39,996 nt of DNA from an uncultured Oceanospirillaceae bacterium (lineage in GTDB: Bacteria; Pseudomonadota; Gammaproteobacteria; Pseudomonadales; Balneatricaceae): contig CAJXEN010000001.1 of assembly GCA_913052465.1 (NCBI GenBank), positions 1-39,996 on the forward strand, given 5' to 3'. Shown here piece after piece: positions 12,685 through 22,236 of this stretch; position 1 is the stretch's first letter; every line of letters begins with the position of its first letter. Made by a program: the position numbers and the translations under genes. The notes below the pieces were generated by a model, which saw only the letters and a list, made by a program, of their open reading frames with translations, was not told where the DNA came from and ran no database searches.

Positions 12685-14964
12685 CTAGAAAGAGCGGCCT
12701 AAGGTAATGTGTGTTGATTGCGTTTGATCACCAGTTGTTTGTTTTAACGGGTTAGCTAAAACTAATGTTAAAGGACCCACTGGTGTCAACCAAGCCAAAT
12801 TAAGTCCGCCAGACACCCTTAACTCAGCTGCAGAAAACTCGCCAGCTGTGAACACGTTACCTGTATCAATAAATAGTGCGGTACGAACCGATGGCATATC
12901 ACCAAACAGTGGGAAGATTAATTCGGCAGAAGCTGTAGTCACTAATTGGCCACCCAATGGTTCGCTATTGGAATTTTTAGGGCCCAACGAATTGAAAGCA
13001 AAACCTCGCACGCTGCCAAAGCCACCGCCGTAATAGTTGGCAAAAAATGGAGTGGCACTAGTGGAACCGTAAGAACCTACTACTCCAACTCGCGCTCCAG
13101 CAGAGAAGACTAAAGACTCACTGTAGTTAAGTGGCATAAAGCTACGGTAGCTATAACCTAATTGATAAAAATTCAGGTCACTATTAGGTAACGCTAAATC
13201 TAAATTAACCCTATGAGAGCTGCCCTGGGTTGGATACCAAAAGTCATTTAGGGTATTAGTATTCCAGTTGATCGAGGTTTTGAACTGCTTGTAGTTCTGC
13301 CCTTCTGCAGCCACAAAAATTGCAGCTTCTGTGGCAGGAGAAGAACCTAACTCTAGGTCAATGCGCTCGTAACCCACTTTAAAGTCTAACCGAGTACTGT
13401 CATTAATCGGATACCCAAACCGCATATCCACGCCTATTGTATCAGTGGCAAAGTTACTCACATCAACCTTAGAATAATCGCGCTTGGTGTAATACAAATC
13501 AACGCCTCGACTCACGCCATCAACCGTGTAATAGGGATTAAGGTAACTAAATTTATATTCATCTGTACTGCTACTGGAAGAGAACGACGCTTCCATTTTA
13601 TTACCCGTACCTAAGAAGTTATTTTGATTGACTGCCCCCCCCAAAAAAGGGCCTTCGCCATCATTGTAACCCAACATTATAGACCAATCTGCAGTAAGCC
13701 CTTCTTCTACTGCAAACTCCACGTCCAACTGATCATCAGTGCCAGCTACTGGCGTAGTTTCTACTGCTACATCTTTGAAGAAACCCAAACGTTGAAGACG
13801 TAACTTTGATGCCGTGATATCTGCCATAGACGCTAAAGCACCTTCCATCTGGCGCATCTCACGTCTTAATACGTCGTCACTTGTGCGGGTGTTACCACGA
13901 AAGTCTATGCGACGAACATAGGTTCGTTTACCAGATCTAATTTGGTACTGCACATCTACCGTTTTGTCCATTTCGTTAACTAAAGGCACCAGCTGCACTT
14001 CTGCAAAGGCAAAACCATTATCTCCAAACAGCTCACGCACGTCTGAAGCAGCACTGACAAGGCTTTTCCGAGAAAACACTTGACCGGAAGATGTATTAAT
14101 AAGGGCCCATATATCAGCCTCTTCTAAGTCATATTGGCCAGCAATACTTAGCTTACCTATTTGAAACTGACCACCTTCAACCACGTTGATGGTAATAAAT
14201 ACCTCTGTTTTATCAGCAGAAATAGCCACTTGTGTTGATTCAATATTAAACAGCACATAGCCTTTGTTTAAATAGTGGGAACGGATATTTTCTAGGTCTG
14301 CTGTGAGTTTTACTCTAGAATACTGGTCGTCCTTAGTGAACAATGTCCAAAACCCAGGGGTTTGCAAACTCATTAAGTCCAAAAGTTCTGTATCACTGTA
14401 ACCTTTATTACCAATAATGTTTATTTGACTAATAGACGAAGTGACGCCCTCATTAACGTTCACAGCAATAGAAACACGATTTTCACCCAAGTCATTGACT
14501 ACAGATTCTACTAACACGGCATATCGCCCTTGGCGATTATATTCTCGCTCAAGCTCTAGCTCTATTTGAGCCAAGGTAGCGCGTCTGAAGATCTCTCCTT
14601 CCTTTAAGCCTGCAAGTTCTAAGGCAGCACGGAGCTGTTCTGTCTTAAGGATTTTATTACCCTCTAAGCTAATAAAACCGATGGCTGGGCGCTCTTGCAC
14701 TGTAATCAATAGCAGGTTGCCTTCTTGTGCCAGCTGAATGTCTTCAAAGTAGCCACTTTTAAACATACTTCGAGTGGCATAAGCTAAACTCCGCTCGTCG
14801 GCAGTGTCACCTATTTTTAACGGCAACTGATCAAAAGCCTGAGTGGATGTAAGTCGCTGCAGCCCTTCTATTTGAATTTCTTTAATAATGAAACTGGCAG
14901 CCACAACCATCTGCGACACTAACAATGTGCAACTTAACAGCACACCTAAAATAATTTTTTTCAT
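12685..14964 (-). CDS. bamA: Outer membrane protein assembly factor BamA
   Basis: Signal peptide, POTRA repeats (IEGLQR, GNTRTSDDVLRREMRQMEG), YYTVDGVSRG, VRGF loop-6 motif and terminal Phe. Confidence 0.97.
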   Translation of the reverse strand: MKKIILGVLLSCTLLVSQMVVAASFIIKEIQIEGLQRLTSTQAFDQLPLKIGDTADERSLAYATRSMFKSGYFEDIQLAQEGNLLLITVQERPAIGFISLEGNKILKTEQLRAALELAGLKEGEIFRRATLAQIELELEREYNRQGRYAVLVESVVNDLGENRVSIAVNVNEGVTSSISQINIIGNKGYSDTELLDLMSLQTPGFWTLFTKDDQYSRVKLTADLENIRSHYLNKGYVLFNIESTQVAISADKTEVFITINVVEGGQFQIGKLSIAGQYDLEEADIWALINTSSGQVFSRKSLVSAASDVRELFGDNGFAFAEVQLVPLVNEMDKTVDVQYQIRSGKRTYVRRIDFRGNTRTSDDVLRREMRQMEGALASMADITASKLRLQRLGFFKDVAVETTPVAGTDDQLDVEFAVEEGLTADWSIMLGYNDGEGPFLGGAVNQNNFLGTGNKMEASFSSSSSTDEYKFSYLNPYYTVDGVSRGVDLYYTKRDYSKVDVSNFATDTIGVDMRFGYPINDSTRLDFKVGYERIDLELGSSPATEAAIFVAAEGQNYKQFKTSINWNTNTLNDFWYPTQGSSHRVNLDLALPNSDLNFYQLGYSYRSFMPLNYSESLVFSAGARVGVVGSYGSTSATPFFANYYGGGFGSVRGFAFNSLGPKNSNSEPLGGQLVTTASAELIFPLFGDMPSVRTALFIDTGNVFTAGEFSAAELRVSGGLNLAWLTPVGPLTLVLANPLKQTTGDQTQSTHITLGRSF

Positions 14965-14986
14965 ATTTGACTAACCTAAAATGAGA

Positions 14987-16381
14987 TTAAAGACGCATCA
15001 AGTCATTAGCTACAGCGATAATCATTACACTAAACACTACTGCCATACCAATACGCAAACCGATGGCCTGGATACGTTCTGGCACTTTGCGCCCCGTGAT
15101 TACTTCTACCAGGTAATATAACAAATGCCCACCATCCAGCATAGGAATGGGTAATAGATTTAACACTCCAAGACTGACACTTAAGTACGCCATAAAGCTA
15201 ATGTATGCGATCACACCAGACTGTGCCGAGGCACCAGCGATTTTGGCAATACTAATGGGGCCACTTAAATGCTCAATAGATACTAAGCCTTGCACCATTC
15301 GTCCCAGAAAGCTTAATGTCAGACCCGCCATTTCCAAGGCCTGTTGACCACCCGCCATCAAACCAGAAAACATACCTAGCTGCTGCTGAAACTGTATCGA
15401 TTGAGGCCATGAAATAGATGCCACACCCACGCCAATAACACCTGTCTGATTGCCCGATTCATTAGCATATGAGCCTAACCGAACTGGAATTTTTAAACTT
15501 TGAGACTGCCGTTCAAGGGTAACAATAACCTTTGTATCGGCATGGCTTTGAACAAAGGCGACAAATTCATTGTAGCCTTTCATAGGTTGCTGGTTAATAG
15601 CCACTATTTTATCACCAAGCTGCAACCCAGCAACTTGTGCCGACCCTTGAGGGACAATGTGATCGAGCACAATAGGCACATTGGGTCGCCATGGCTGTAA
15701 GCCAAGCTGAGTCATAGGGCTTGCTGGAACAGACGCTGACATCCATTGCGTCACCGGGAAACTGCGTTCCACTGGGGCACCTAAAACTGGTAAAACATCC
15801 AGCTGATTGGGTGATACTGCCTGACCTTGTAACAAAGGCTCATCAAGCCCTTGTAACAAAAAGCTTATGGTTGTCGTTTCCCCAATACGTTTTGCTAGGG
15901 CTATATTAACTGCTTCCCAAGTAGGCGTTTTATTACCATCTATGGCCAAAATTTGCTGTGGCGATTCGAACCCAAAAGCACCTTTATCTGCCGCAACAGC
16001 TACGGGAATAAGCTGAGGTGTACCTGATATCTGCACCACAGCATAAAGTAGTCCGGCAAACAGTAAGTTAACCACCGGGCCTGCAATAACAATAGCAATT
16101 CGTTGCCAAGGCGTTTTTTGATCAAAAGCGGCACTAAGCTTACTCGTGCCCATGTCATCGTTACGCGAGTCCAACATGCGAACATAGCCACCTAAAGGTA
16201 TCCAAGCAAACACATATTCCGTACCAGTTTTACCTAATTTTCTAAAAATAGGACGGCCAAAACCCACAGAAAAACGCAATACTTTTACACCACACCATCG
16301 CGCGACAAAGTAGTGCCCAGCTTCATGTACCGTAACAAGAACGGCTAAGGCAAACACAGTGGTTAAGATGGTCATTATCAT
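14987..16381 (-). CDS. rseP: RIP metalloprotease RseP
   Basis: HEAGH zinc motif, PLGGYVRM, PDZ domains and NLLPIPMLDGGH. Confidence 0.97.
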   Translation of the reverse strand: MIMTILTTVFALAVLVTVHEAGHYFVARWCGVKVLRFSVGFGRPIFRKLGKTGTEYVFAWIPLGGYVRMLDSRNDDMGTSKLSAAFDQKTPWQRIAIVIAGPVVNLLFAGLLYAVVQISGTPQLIPVAVAADKGAFGFESPQQILAIDGNKTPTWEAVNIALAKRIGETTTISFLLQGLDEPLLQGQAVSPNQLDVLPVLGAPVERSFPVTQWMSASVPASPMTQLGLQPWRPNVPIVLDHIVPQGSAQVAGLQLGDKIVAINQQPMKGYNEFVAFVQSHADTKVIVTLERQSQSLKIPVRLGSYANESGNQTGVIGVGVASISWPQSIQFQQQLGMFSGLMAGGQQALEMAGLTLSFLGRMVQGLVSIEHLSGPISIAKIAGASAQSGVIAYISFMAYLSVSLGVLNLLPIPMLDGGHLLYYLVEVITGRKVPERIQAIGLRIGMAVVFSVMIIAVANDLMRL

Positions 16382-16399
16382 TAAACTATTAAATCCTCA

Positions 16400-17206
16400 T
16401 TAACCAAGTACAATAAGACACAGTGCAAATACAGGAGCAGCAGCTGTTAAGCTATCTATACGGTCCATGATACCACCGTGTCCTGGTAATATTGAGCCAC
16501 TATCTTTTATGCCACATTGACGCTTGAACATACTTTCTGTTAAGTCTCCTATAACAGAAACAAATAACAACACTAGGGCTAATATATAGATACCAAAGGA
16601 AAGGTTTTGGGAAAAATTCAAATATGGCTGGATAATCATCGACACTAACAACACAGTAACTGATGCACCACCGATGCCCACCCAAGACTTGGCCGGACTT
16701 ACACGCGGCATAAGCTTGCGCTTACCAAATTGTTTACCAGCAAAGTATGCTCCAGTGTCTGCTCCCCACACGATCAGAAACATATACACGATTAACCAAG
16801 GCCCCTGATCTAATTCGCGGATATAGACCATCGCAGCCCATGTAGGTACCAGTACCAAAAATCCGACCACCCCTTTACTGAGCCGCCCACACCATAAGGC
16901 ACAAGCTCGAGGATACAACACCACCAGCGCCGTTGCCACTAACCACCACAAGGACGCTACAGCAAATATAACATTGTCATAGTAAGGTAGGGCCTTTTGA
17001 GCAACTACAATGGCAAAGAGTACTGCCAAGATGTAAACCGTACGCTGACTGCGGCTCACTATGCGCATCATCGACGTCCACTCCCATGCAGCCATAAGCA
17101 CGATAAGAGCCATGAACAAAGCAAAGGCTTGTGGCGGTAAAAAGAACACCGCCGCTAACGCAGTTGGCGCAATTACCAAAGCTGTAGCAATTCTAGATTT
17201 CAACAT
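16400..17206 (-). CDS. cdsA: Phosphatidate cytidylyltransferase
   Basis: Multi-TM protein with DTGAYFAGK, VSPAKSW and GDLTESMFKRQCGIKDSGSILPGHGGIMDRIDS. Confidence 0.98.
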   Translation of the reverse strand: MLKSRIATALVIAPTALAAVFFLPPQAFALFMALIVLMAAWEWTSMMRIVSRSQRTVYILAVLFAIVVAQKALPYYDNVIFAVASLWWLVATALVVLYPRACALWCGRLSKGVVGFLVLVPTWAAMVYIRELDQGPWLIVYMFLIVWGADTGAYFAGKQFGKRKLMPRVSPAKSWVGIGGASVTVLLVSMIIQPYLNFSQNLSFGIYILALVLLFVSVIGDLTESMFKRQCGIKDSGSILPGHGGIMDRIDSLTAAAPVFALCLIVLG

Positions 17207-17249
17207 ATTATTATTTTACATTGTATCAAAGAGGCCAACCACTCCTTGG

Positions 17250-18020
17250 TTAAACATTTGATTCGTATTCTATTAACTGCGCACCAGTTTGGCCAAATCT
17301 CCTTTGTCTTTGACCAAATTGAACTAATGTATCCACCATTTTTTGGTGTTTAAATTCTGGCCAGAGCGTATCTACAAATACAAATTCCGCATAGGCCATC
17401 TGCCATAATAAAAAATTACTGATACGCTGCTCTCCACTAGTGCGTATACATAAGTCTACTGCAGGCAAGTCACCTAAACACAGATACCTGCCAAAATCAT
17501 CTTCACTAACAGATTCGATAGAGCTGCCACTCTCTTTGAGCTCTACAGCCATCTTTTTGGCCGCTTCTAATATATCCCACCGTCCGCCATAGTTGGCCGC
17601 AATACTCAACTGCAAACCAGTATTACAAAGTGTTTTTTGTTCTGCAGCCATAATAAGCTTTTGCAGCTCAAGGCTTAACTCTGCTGTATTACCAACAATA
17701 CGCACACGAATATTATTATCATGAAGCTTATTCACTTCACGCTTTAATACATAAACAAAGAGATCCATCAACGCTTTAACTTCAAGCGGTGGCCTACGCC
17801 AATTTTCACTACTAAAGGCAAATAGAGTAAGCGCTGGAATTTTATAATGCACAGCAGTTTCAATCACTGCCTTTACTGCTTCGACGCCAGCCTTGTGGCC
17901 AGCCACACCTGTTAGGCTGTGACTTTTGGCCCAACGATTATTACCGTCCATGATAATGGCAACATGCTCAGGCAGCTCTTCTAACTTATGCGACAGAATG
18001 GCTTGGCGCGGGTCAATCAT
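17250..18020 (-). CDS. uppS: Undecaprenyl diphosphate synthase
   Basis: HVAIIMDGNNRWA, FAFSSENWRRP and IRTSGEQRISNFLLWQ. Confidence 0.98.
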   Translation of the reverse strand: MIDPRQAILSHKLEELPEHVAIIMDGNNRWAKSHSLTGVAGHKAGVEAVKAVIETAVHYKIPALTLFAFSSENWRRPPLEVKALMDLFVYVLKREVNKLHDNNIRVRIVGNTAELSLELQKLIMAAEQKTLCNTGLQLSIAANYGGRWDILEAAKKMAVELKESGSSIESVSEDDFGRYLCLGDLPAVDLCIRTSGEQRISNFLLWQMAYAEFVFVDTLWPEFKHQKMVDTLVQFGQRQRRFGQTGAQLIEYESNV

Positions 18021-18064
18021 GCATTAATCCTTAATGTGGGCCTTATCAGAAATAGTGATGCAGG

Positions 18065-18622
18065 TTAAACCTCCATCAGATCCTTTTCTTTGGCCATTAG
18101 AGCCGCTTCGATGGTTGCAACGTGCGCGTCAGTTACTTTTTGCACCATGTCTTCTCCACGCCGAGCATCATCTTCTGAAATATCTTTATCTTTCAAAAGT
18201 TCTTTGATGTCACCATTAGCATCACGACGAATGCTACGGACAGACACACGAGCTTTTTCTGCTTCTTCACGGGCACCGCGAATAAAACTCTTACGAGTTT
18301 CTTCCGTAAGCGCTGGCATAGGCACACGAATTAAATCACCAGAAGTCGATGGATTAAGACCCAAATTAGCCTTCATGATAGCTTTTTCTATCTCAGGTAT
18401 CATTGGCTTCTCCCAGGGAGATACCGCTAAACAGCGCCCATCTTCAACGGAGATGTTGGCTAACTGATTAAGGGGAGTGTCACTACCATAATAGGACACC
18501 ATTACACTGTCTAAAATACTTGGGTGAGCCCGGCCAGTTCGGATACGCTTGAAAGCTTCGCTTAAGGCCATAATACTCTTGTCCATACGCCCATCGGCAT
18601 CTTGCTGGATATCATTAATCAT
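18065..18622 (-). CDS. frr: Ribosome recycling factor
   Basis: [20 protein letters not shown] and KEKDLMEV. Start placed at ATG 18622, just after the pyrH stop. Confidence 0.98.
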   Translation of the reverse strand: MINDIQQDADGRMDKSIMALSEAFKRIRTGRAHPSILDSVMVSYYGSDTPLNQLANISVEDGRCLAVSPWEKPMIPEIEKAIMKANLGLNPSTSGDLIRVPMPALTEETRKSFIRGAREEAEKARVSVRSIRRDANGDIKELLKDKDISEDDARRGEDMVQKVTDAHVATIEAALMAKEKDLMEV

Positions 18623-18623
18623 T

Positions 18624-19376
18624 TTATTCTCCACCCTCAGGCAAGGTCACATTCACCAAGGTACCTTCATGGCCACCGACCACTAGATTAACCAAAGCCC
18701 CTGATTTATTCATATTAAATACACGCACTGGCATTTCTTGATCACGACACAAACACATGGCAGTAAGATCCATAATACCTAATTGCTTTTCTATGGCTTC
18801 ATCAAAGGTGATGTATTCGTACTTTACTGCATTTGGATTTTTAATGGGGTCTGAATCGTAAACACCATCCACTTTAGTAGCCTTTAGCACCACGTCTGCT
18901 TCAATTTCTATGCCACGTAATGAAGCCGCCGAATCCGTTGTGAAAAATGGGTTGCCAGTACCCGCCGAAAAAATAACTACATTACCTTGCGACAAATACA
19001 ACATGGCATTACGACGATCATAATGATCTACTACGCCACTCATTGGAATCGCCGACATGACTCGAGTAGTAATGTTTGAGCGCTCTAGGGCGTCTCGCAT
19101 AGCTAAAGCATTCATTACCGTTGCTAACATGCCCATATGGTCACCAGTGACTCGATCCATGCCTGCCTCACTAAGTGCAGCACCACGAAACAAGTTACCA
19201 CCGCCAATTACTAAGCCCACCTGTACACCAATACCCACCAATTGGCCAATCTCTAGGGCCATTCGGTCCAACACCTTAGGGTCAATACCAAAATTCTCGC
19301 TCCCCATTAATGCTTCGCCGCTGAGCTTGAGCAAAATCCGCTTATAGCGAGGTTGACGCTTATCAGACATTGGCAT
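18624..19376 (-). CDS. pyrH: UMP kinase
   Basis: [19 protein letters not shown] and [10 protein letters not shown]. Confidence 0.99.
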   Translation of the reverse strand: MPMSDKRQPRYKRILLKLSGEALMGSENFGIDPKVLDRMALEIGQLVGIGVQVGLVIGGGNLFRGAALSEAGMDRVTGDHMGMLATVMNALAMRDALERSNITTRVMSAIPMSGVVDHYDRRNAMLYLSQGNVVIFSAGTGNPFFTTDSAASLRGIEIEADVVLKATKVDGVYDSDPIKNPNAVKYEYITFDEAIEKQLGIMDLTAMCLCRDQEMPVRVFNMNKSGALVNLVVGGHEGTLVNVTLPEGGE

Positions 19377-19500
19377 TCATTTTCTCCAAAAATTTAGTGT
19401 GCAACAGTCATATTATTAATAGCAATATATAGCGCTGCCAAAACAATAAGATAGTGACGTATTAACAGCCTAAGGGCAAGTTATGCGCCTGGCTTAAATC

Positions 19501-19547
19501 AAAAAAAAAGCGCCGTCATAGTGGACTAATCCACCATGACGGCGCTT
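19501..19547 (-). terminator. Intrinsic terminator after tsf
   Basis: Minus strand AAGCGCCGTCATGGTGGA-TTAG-TCCACTATGACGGCGCTT running into a T tract. The only stem mismatch is a G-U pair on the minus strand. Confidence 0.9.
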
Positions 19548-19565
19548 CATACAAGCTAATAGGGG

Positions 19566-20426
19566 TTAACCCTTTAGCTGCTGTGCTACTTCAGTAGCAA
19601 AGTCTACTTTTTCTATTTCAATGCCTTCACCTACTTCTAAACGATTAAAAGCAGTAACACTAGCATCTGCAGCTTTGAGCAAGTCGCTGATTTTCTGATC
19701 AGGATTTTTAACAAATGGCTGCTCAGTTAGGCTATTTTCAGCTAAGAACTTGTTAATGCGACCCATCATCATCTTGTCTACAATTGCATCTGGCTTGCCG
19801 GCCATATCTGGCTGAGCCTTAATGATGTCCTTTTCTTTTTCCACTTCTTCGGCAGTCATGTCATCACGGCCGATTACACGTGGGTTAACGGCTGTTACAT
19901 GCATGGCTATGTCTTTTGCTAATTCGCTGTCACCAGCGGTCAAAGCGATCAAAGTACCTATCTTGCTGTTGCTGTGCACATAGGCTGCAACGTTAGCAGC
20001 TTCAAGCATAACGATGCGACGAGGAGTGATGTTTTCACCAATCTTTTGAACTAACGCTTCACGAGCTTCAGTCAATTCGCCCACCATTACGGCTGCAATA
20101 TCGTCTTGCTTAGCAGCAAAGGCCGCATCGGTCACTTTAGAAACAAAGGCTAAGAAACCTTCATCGCGGGCAGCAAAGTCTGTTTCCGAGTTCACTTCAA
20201 CCAACACCCCAAAAGAACCATCGGCGGCAACTTTTGCACACACAACACCTTCAGCAGCAATGCGACCAGCTTTCTTAGCAGCTTTCATGCCACTAGACTT
20301 ACGCAAGTCTTCGATTGCCTGCTCAATATTGCCTTCAGCAGCTACAAGAGCTTTTTTACAATCCATCATGCCCAAGCTTGTACGCTCGCGCAGTTCTTTA
20401 ACCATAGATGCAGTGATTGCAGCCAT
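19566..20426 (-). CDS. tsf: Elongation factor Ts
   Basis: [16 protein letters not shown] and [14 protein letters not shown] 20426 with a GAGG SD (track ORF overextends to 20486). Confidence 0.99.
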   Translation of the reverse strand: MAAITASMVKELRERTSLGMMDCKKALVAAEGNIEQAIEDLRKSSGMKAAKKAGRIAAEGVVCAKVAADGSFGVLVEVNSETDFAARDEGFLAFVSKVTDAAFAAKQDDIAAVMVGELTEAREALVQKIGENITPRRIVMLEAANVAAYVHSNSKIGTLIALTAGDSELAKDIAMHVTAVNPRVIGRDDMTAEEVEKEKDIIKAQPDMAGKPDAIVDKMMMGRINKFLAENSLTEQPFVKNPDQKISDLLKAADASVTAFNRLEVGEGIEIEKVDFATEVAQQLKG

Positions 20427-20471
20427 TAGAAAATCCTCAAATTGGGTTCCAACGTCACACAGGACGTCGTT

Positions 20472-20496
20472 AAAAAAAGGGAGCAAGCTCCCTTTT
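20472..20496 (-). terminator. Terminator/attenuator hairpin between rpsB and tsf
   Basis: Minus strand AAAAGGGAG-CTTG-CTCCC-TTTTTTT. Confidence 0.8.
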
Positions 20497-20523
20497 GTAT
20501 ATTCGCCTACCTAAACCAAAGGT

Positions 20524-21273
20524 TTAGACTTGCTCAGCGGCTACTACTTCTTCTTCTGCAACTTCTACGAATTCACCAGCAACAGAGGTGCCGTCGTCTT
20601 TGCCAGATGCACAAGCATCTGCCATAGCAGAAACGTAGATTTCGATGGCGCGTAAAGCGTCGTCGTTAGCAGGGATTACGTAATCAATGCCATCTGGGTT
20701 GCTGTTAGTATCAACAATACCGATAACAGGGATGCCCAACTTGTTAGCTTCGTTAATAGCAATACGCTCATGCTCAACGTCTACCACGAACAATGCGTCT
20801 GGCAAGCCGCCCATGTCCTTGATGCCGCCAATTGCGCGCTCAAGCTTTTCCATTTCACGTTGACGCATCAACGCTTCTTTCTTAGTTAGCTGCTCAAAAG
20901 TACCATCACCGAACTGCGTTTCTAAGGTGCGGAAACGACTGATTGACTGACGAATAGTCTTGTAGTTGGTCAACATACCACCCAACCAGCGGTGGTTAAC
21001 GTAAGGCATGCCAACACGGCTAGCGTGTTCTTTAATCAACTTACCTGCCGCACGCTTAGTACCAACGAACAATACCTTGTTCTTGTTGGCAGCCATGTTT
21101 TCAACGATAGCAAGAGCTTCGTTCAAAGCCGGCAAAGTTTGGTCTAGGTTGATGATATGAATCTTGTTACGGGCACCGAAAATGTACTGACCCATTTTTG
21201 GGTTCCAGTAACGTGTCTGGTGGCCGAAGTGGGCGCCGGCTTTAAGCAGGTCGCGCATACTTACTTTAGTCAT
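20524..21273 (-). CDS. rpsB: 30S ribosomal protein S2
   Basis: [25 protein letters not shown] and IVDTNSNP. Confidence 0.99.
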   Translation of the reverse strand: MTKVSMRDLLKAGAHFGHQTRYWNPKMGQYIFGARNKIHIINLDQTLPALNEALAIVENMAANKNKVLFVGTKRAAGKLIKEHASRVGMPYVNHRWLGGMLTNYKTIRQSISRFRTLETQFGDGTFEQLTKKEALMRQREMEKLERAIGGIKDMGGLPDALFVVDVEHERIAINEANKLGIPVIGIVDTNSNPDGIDYVIPANDDALRAIEIYVSAMADACASGKDDGTSVAGEFVEVAEEEVVAAEQV

Positions 21274-21479
21274 TTTAATTTCCTTTGTATGGGTTAGGCC
21301 TCCATAAACCCTCGTCTTACTTACACTTTAACAAAAGAAAAGTAAGAACCATGGTTCGATCAGAAGCCTTAAAACAGACATCCAACACCCAGAACCATGT
21401 GCCGATTTATGTGTGACGTTATAGTTAAGCTCCAAATACTCGGACCTCTTTATCAAAAGAGACCAGAACGAATTTGGGC
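21274..21479 (-). ncRNA. rpsB 5' leader (t44/tff-like, S2 autoregulatory element)
   Basis: Minus strand contains CACACATAAATCGGCACATGGTTCTGGGTG...GAACCATG...GGGTTTATGGAGGCCTAACCC, matching the conserved blocks of gammaproteobacterial rpsB leaders as I recall them. Boundaries are approximate. Confidence 0.8.
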
Positions 21480-21496
21480 GCGCAATTTATACCATA
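21477..21496 (-). promoter_or_regulatory. rpsB extended -10 promoter with GC-rich discriminator
   Basis: Minus strand TATGGTATAAATTGCGCGCC: TGn-TATAAA followed by GCGCGCC, the known form of rpsB promoters. Confidence 0.8.
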
Positions 21497-21521
21497 ACTA
21501 GCATTGAATATCAAAAGTAAT

Positions 21522-22236
21522 CTAGTCGTTAGCTGAATTATAACGCTCCTTGCATACAATCAACTCAGTGGACAGCTGATAACCCCTGTTACGAACATTT
21601 TTGATGGTTAAATGTTTCCGGGCTATAGGGGCAAGCTTGTTACGCATGCGGCTGATAAAAGTTTCCAGCGTATTTTTTCGGGAACTTTCCAAGTCTAGAC
21701 CTAGATGATACATAAGCTCGTGGTATTCCCCCGCTTCTGGGTAACGCAATACTAAAAATAATAACACTTTCACTTCGCTCTATCAATTGCACAGTAATGC
21801 CCTGATGGCTCAAGGTTTGGGACGCTACTGTTAAGTATAGCTCTTGAGATTCTTCAGGGTCCTCATTGGCCAAGCTACCAAACACCCCTTTCAAGCATGC
21901 AACTAAGGTTTCTGGCCTAAACGGCTTAGCCAAATAGAGCATGGCGCCAGAGTTGTATCCGGTAAGAACATCATGCTGTTTATTCAATACGCTCATCATA
22001 ATTACCCGCAAACTGGGCATAGCTCGTAAGTAGCGTTGGGCGATACTGTAGCCAGATTCACCCGGCAGCTGAATGTCTAATAACAGCAAGTCTGGCACTT
22101 GCAGTTCAGCTTGCTCGTCCATTGCTGATGCCTCACTAAACAAACGGCATTGATAACCTTCTAACTTCAATCGGTCCATCACCACTTCACCTAAACTAGG
22201 GTCATCTTCGCAAATGTATATTAACGGTCTAGTCAT
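21522..22236 (-). pseudogene. OmpR/PhoB-family response regulator, frameshifted near 21778
   Basis: The receiver domain (ICEDD, LLLDIQLPGESG, YLAKP) is in ORF 21640..22236. The winged-helix domain (EVKVLLFL...TLETFISRMRNKL...IKNVRNRGYQL) is in a different frame ending at 21522. Confidence 0.88.

Noticed and set aside
19508-19547. Long hairpin as a REP/MITE element
   Set aside because: I saw only one copy in the window; its position, T tract and strand-specific G-U pair fit a tsf terminator.
21522-21773. 83-aa ORF as a stand-alone DNA-binding protein
   Set aside because: Better explained as the frameshifted C-terminus of the response regulator.
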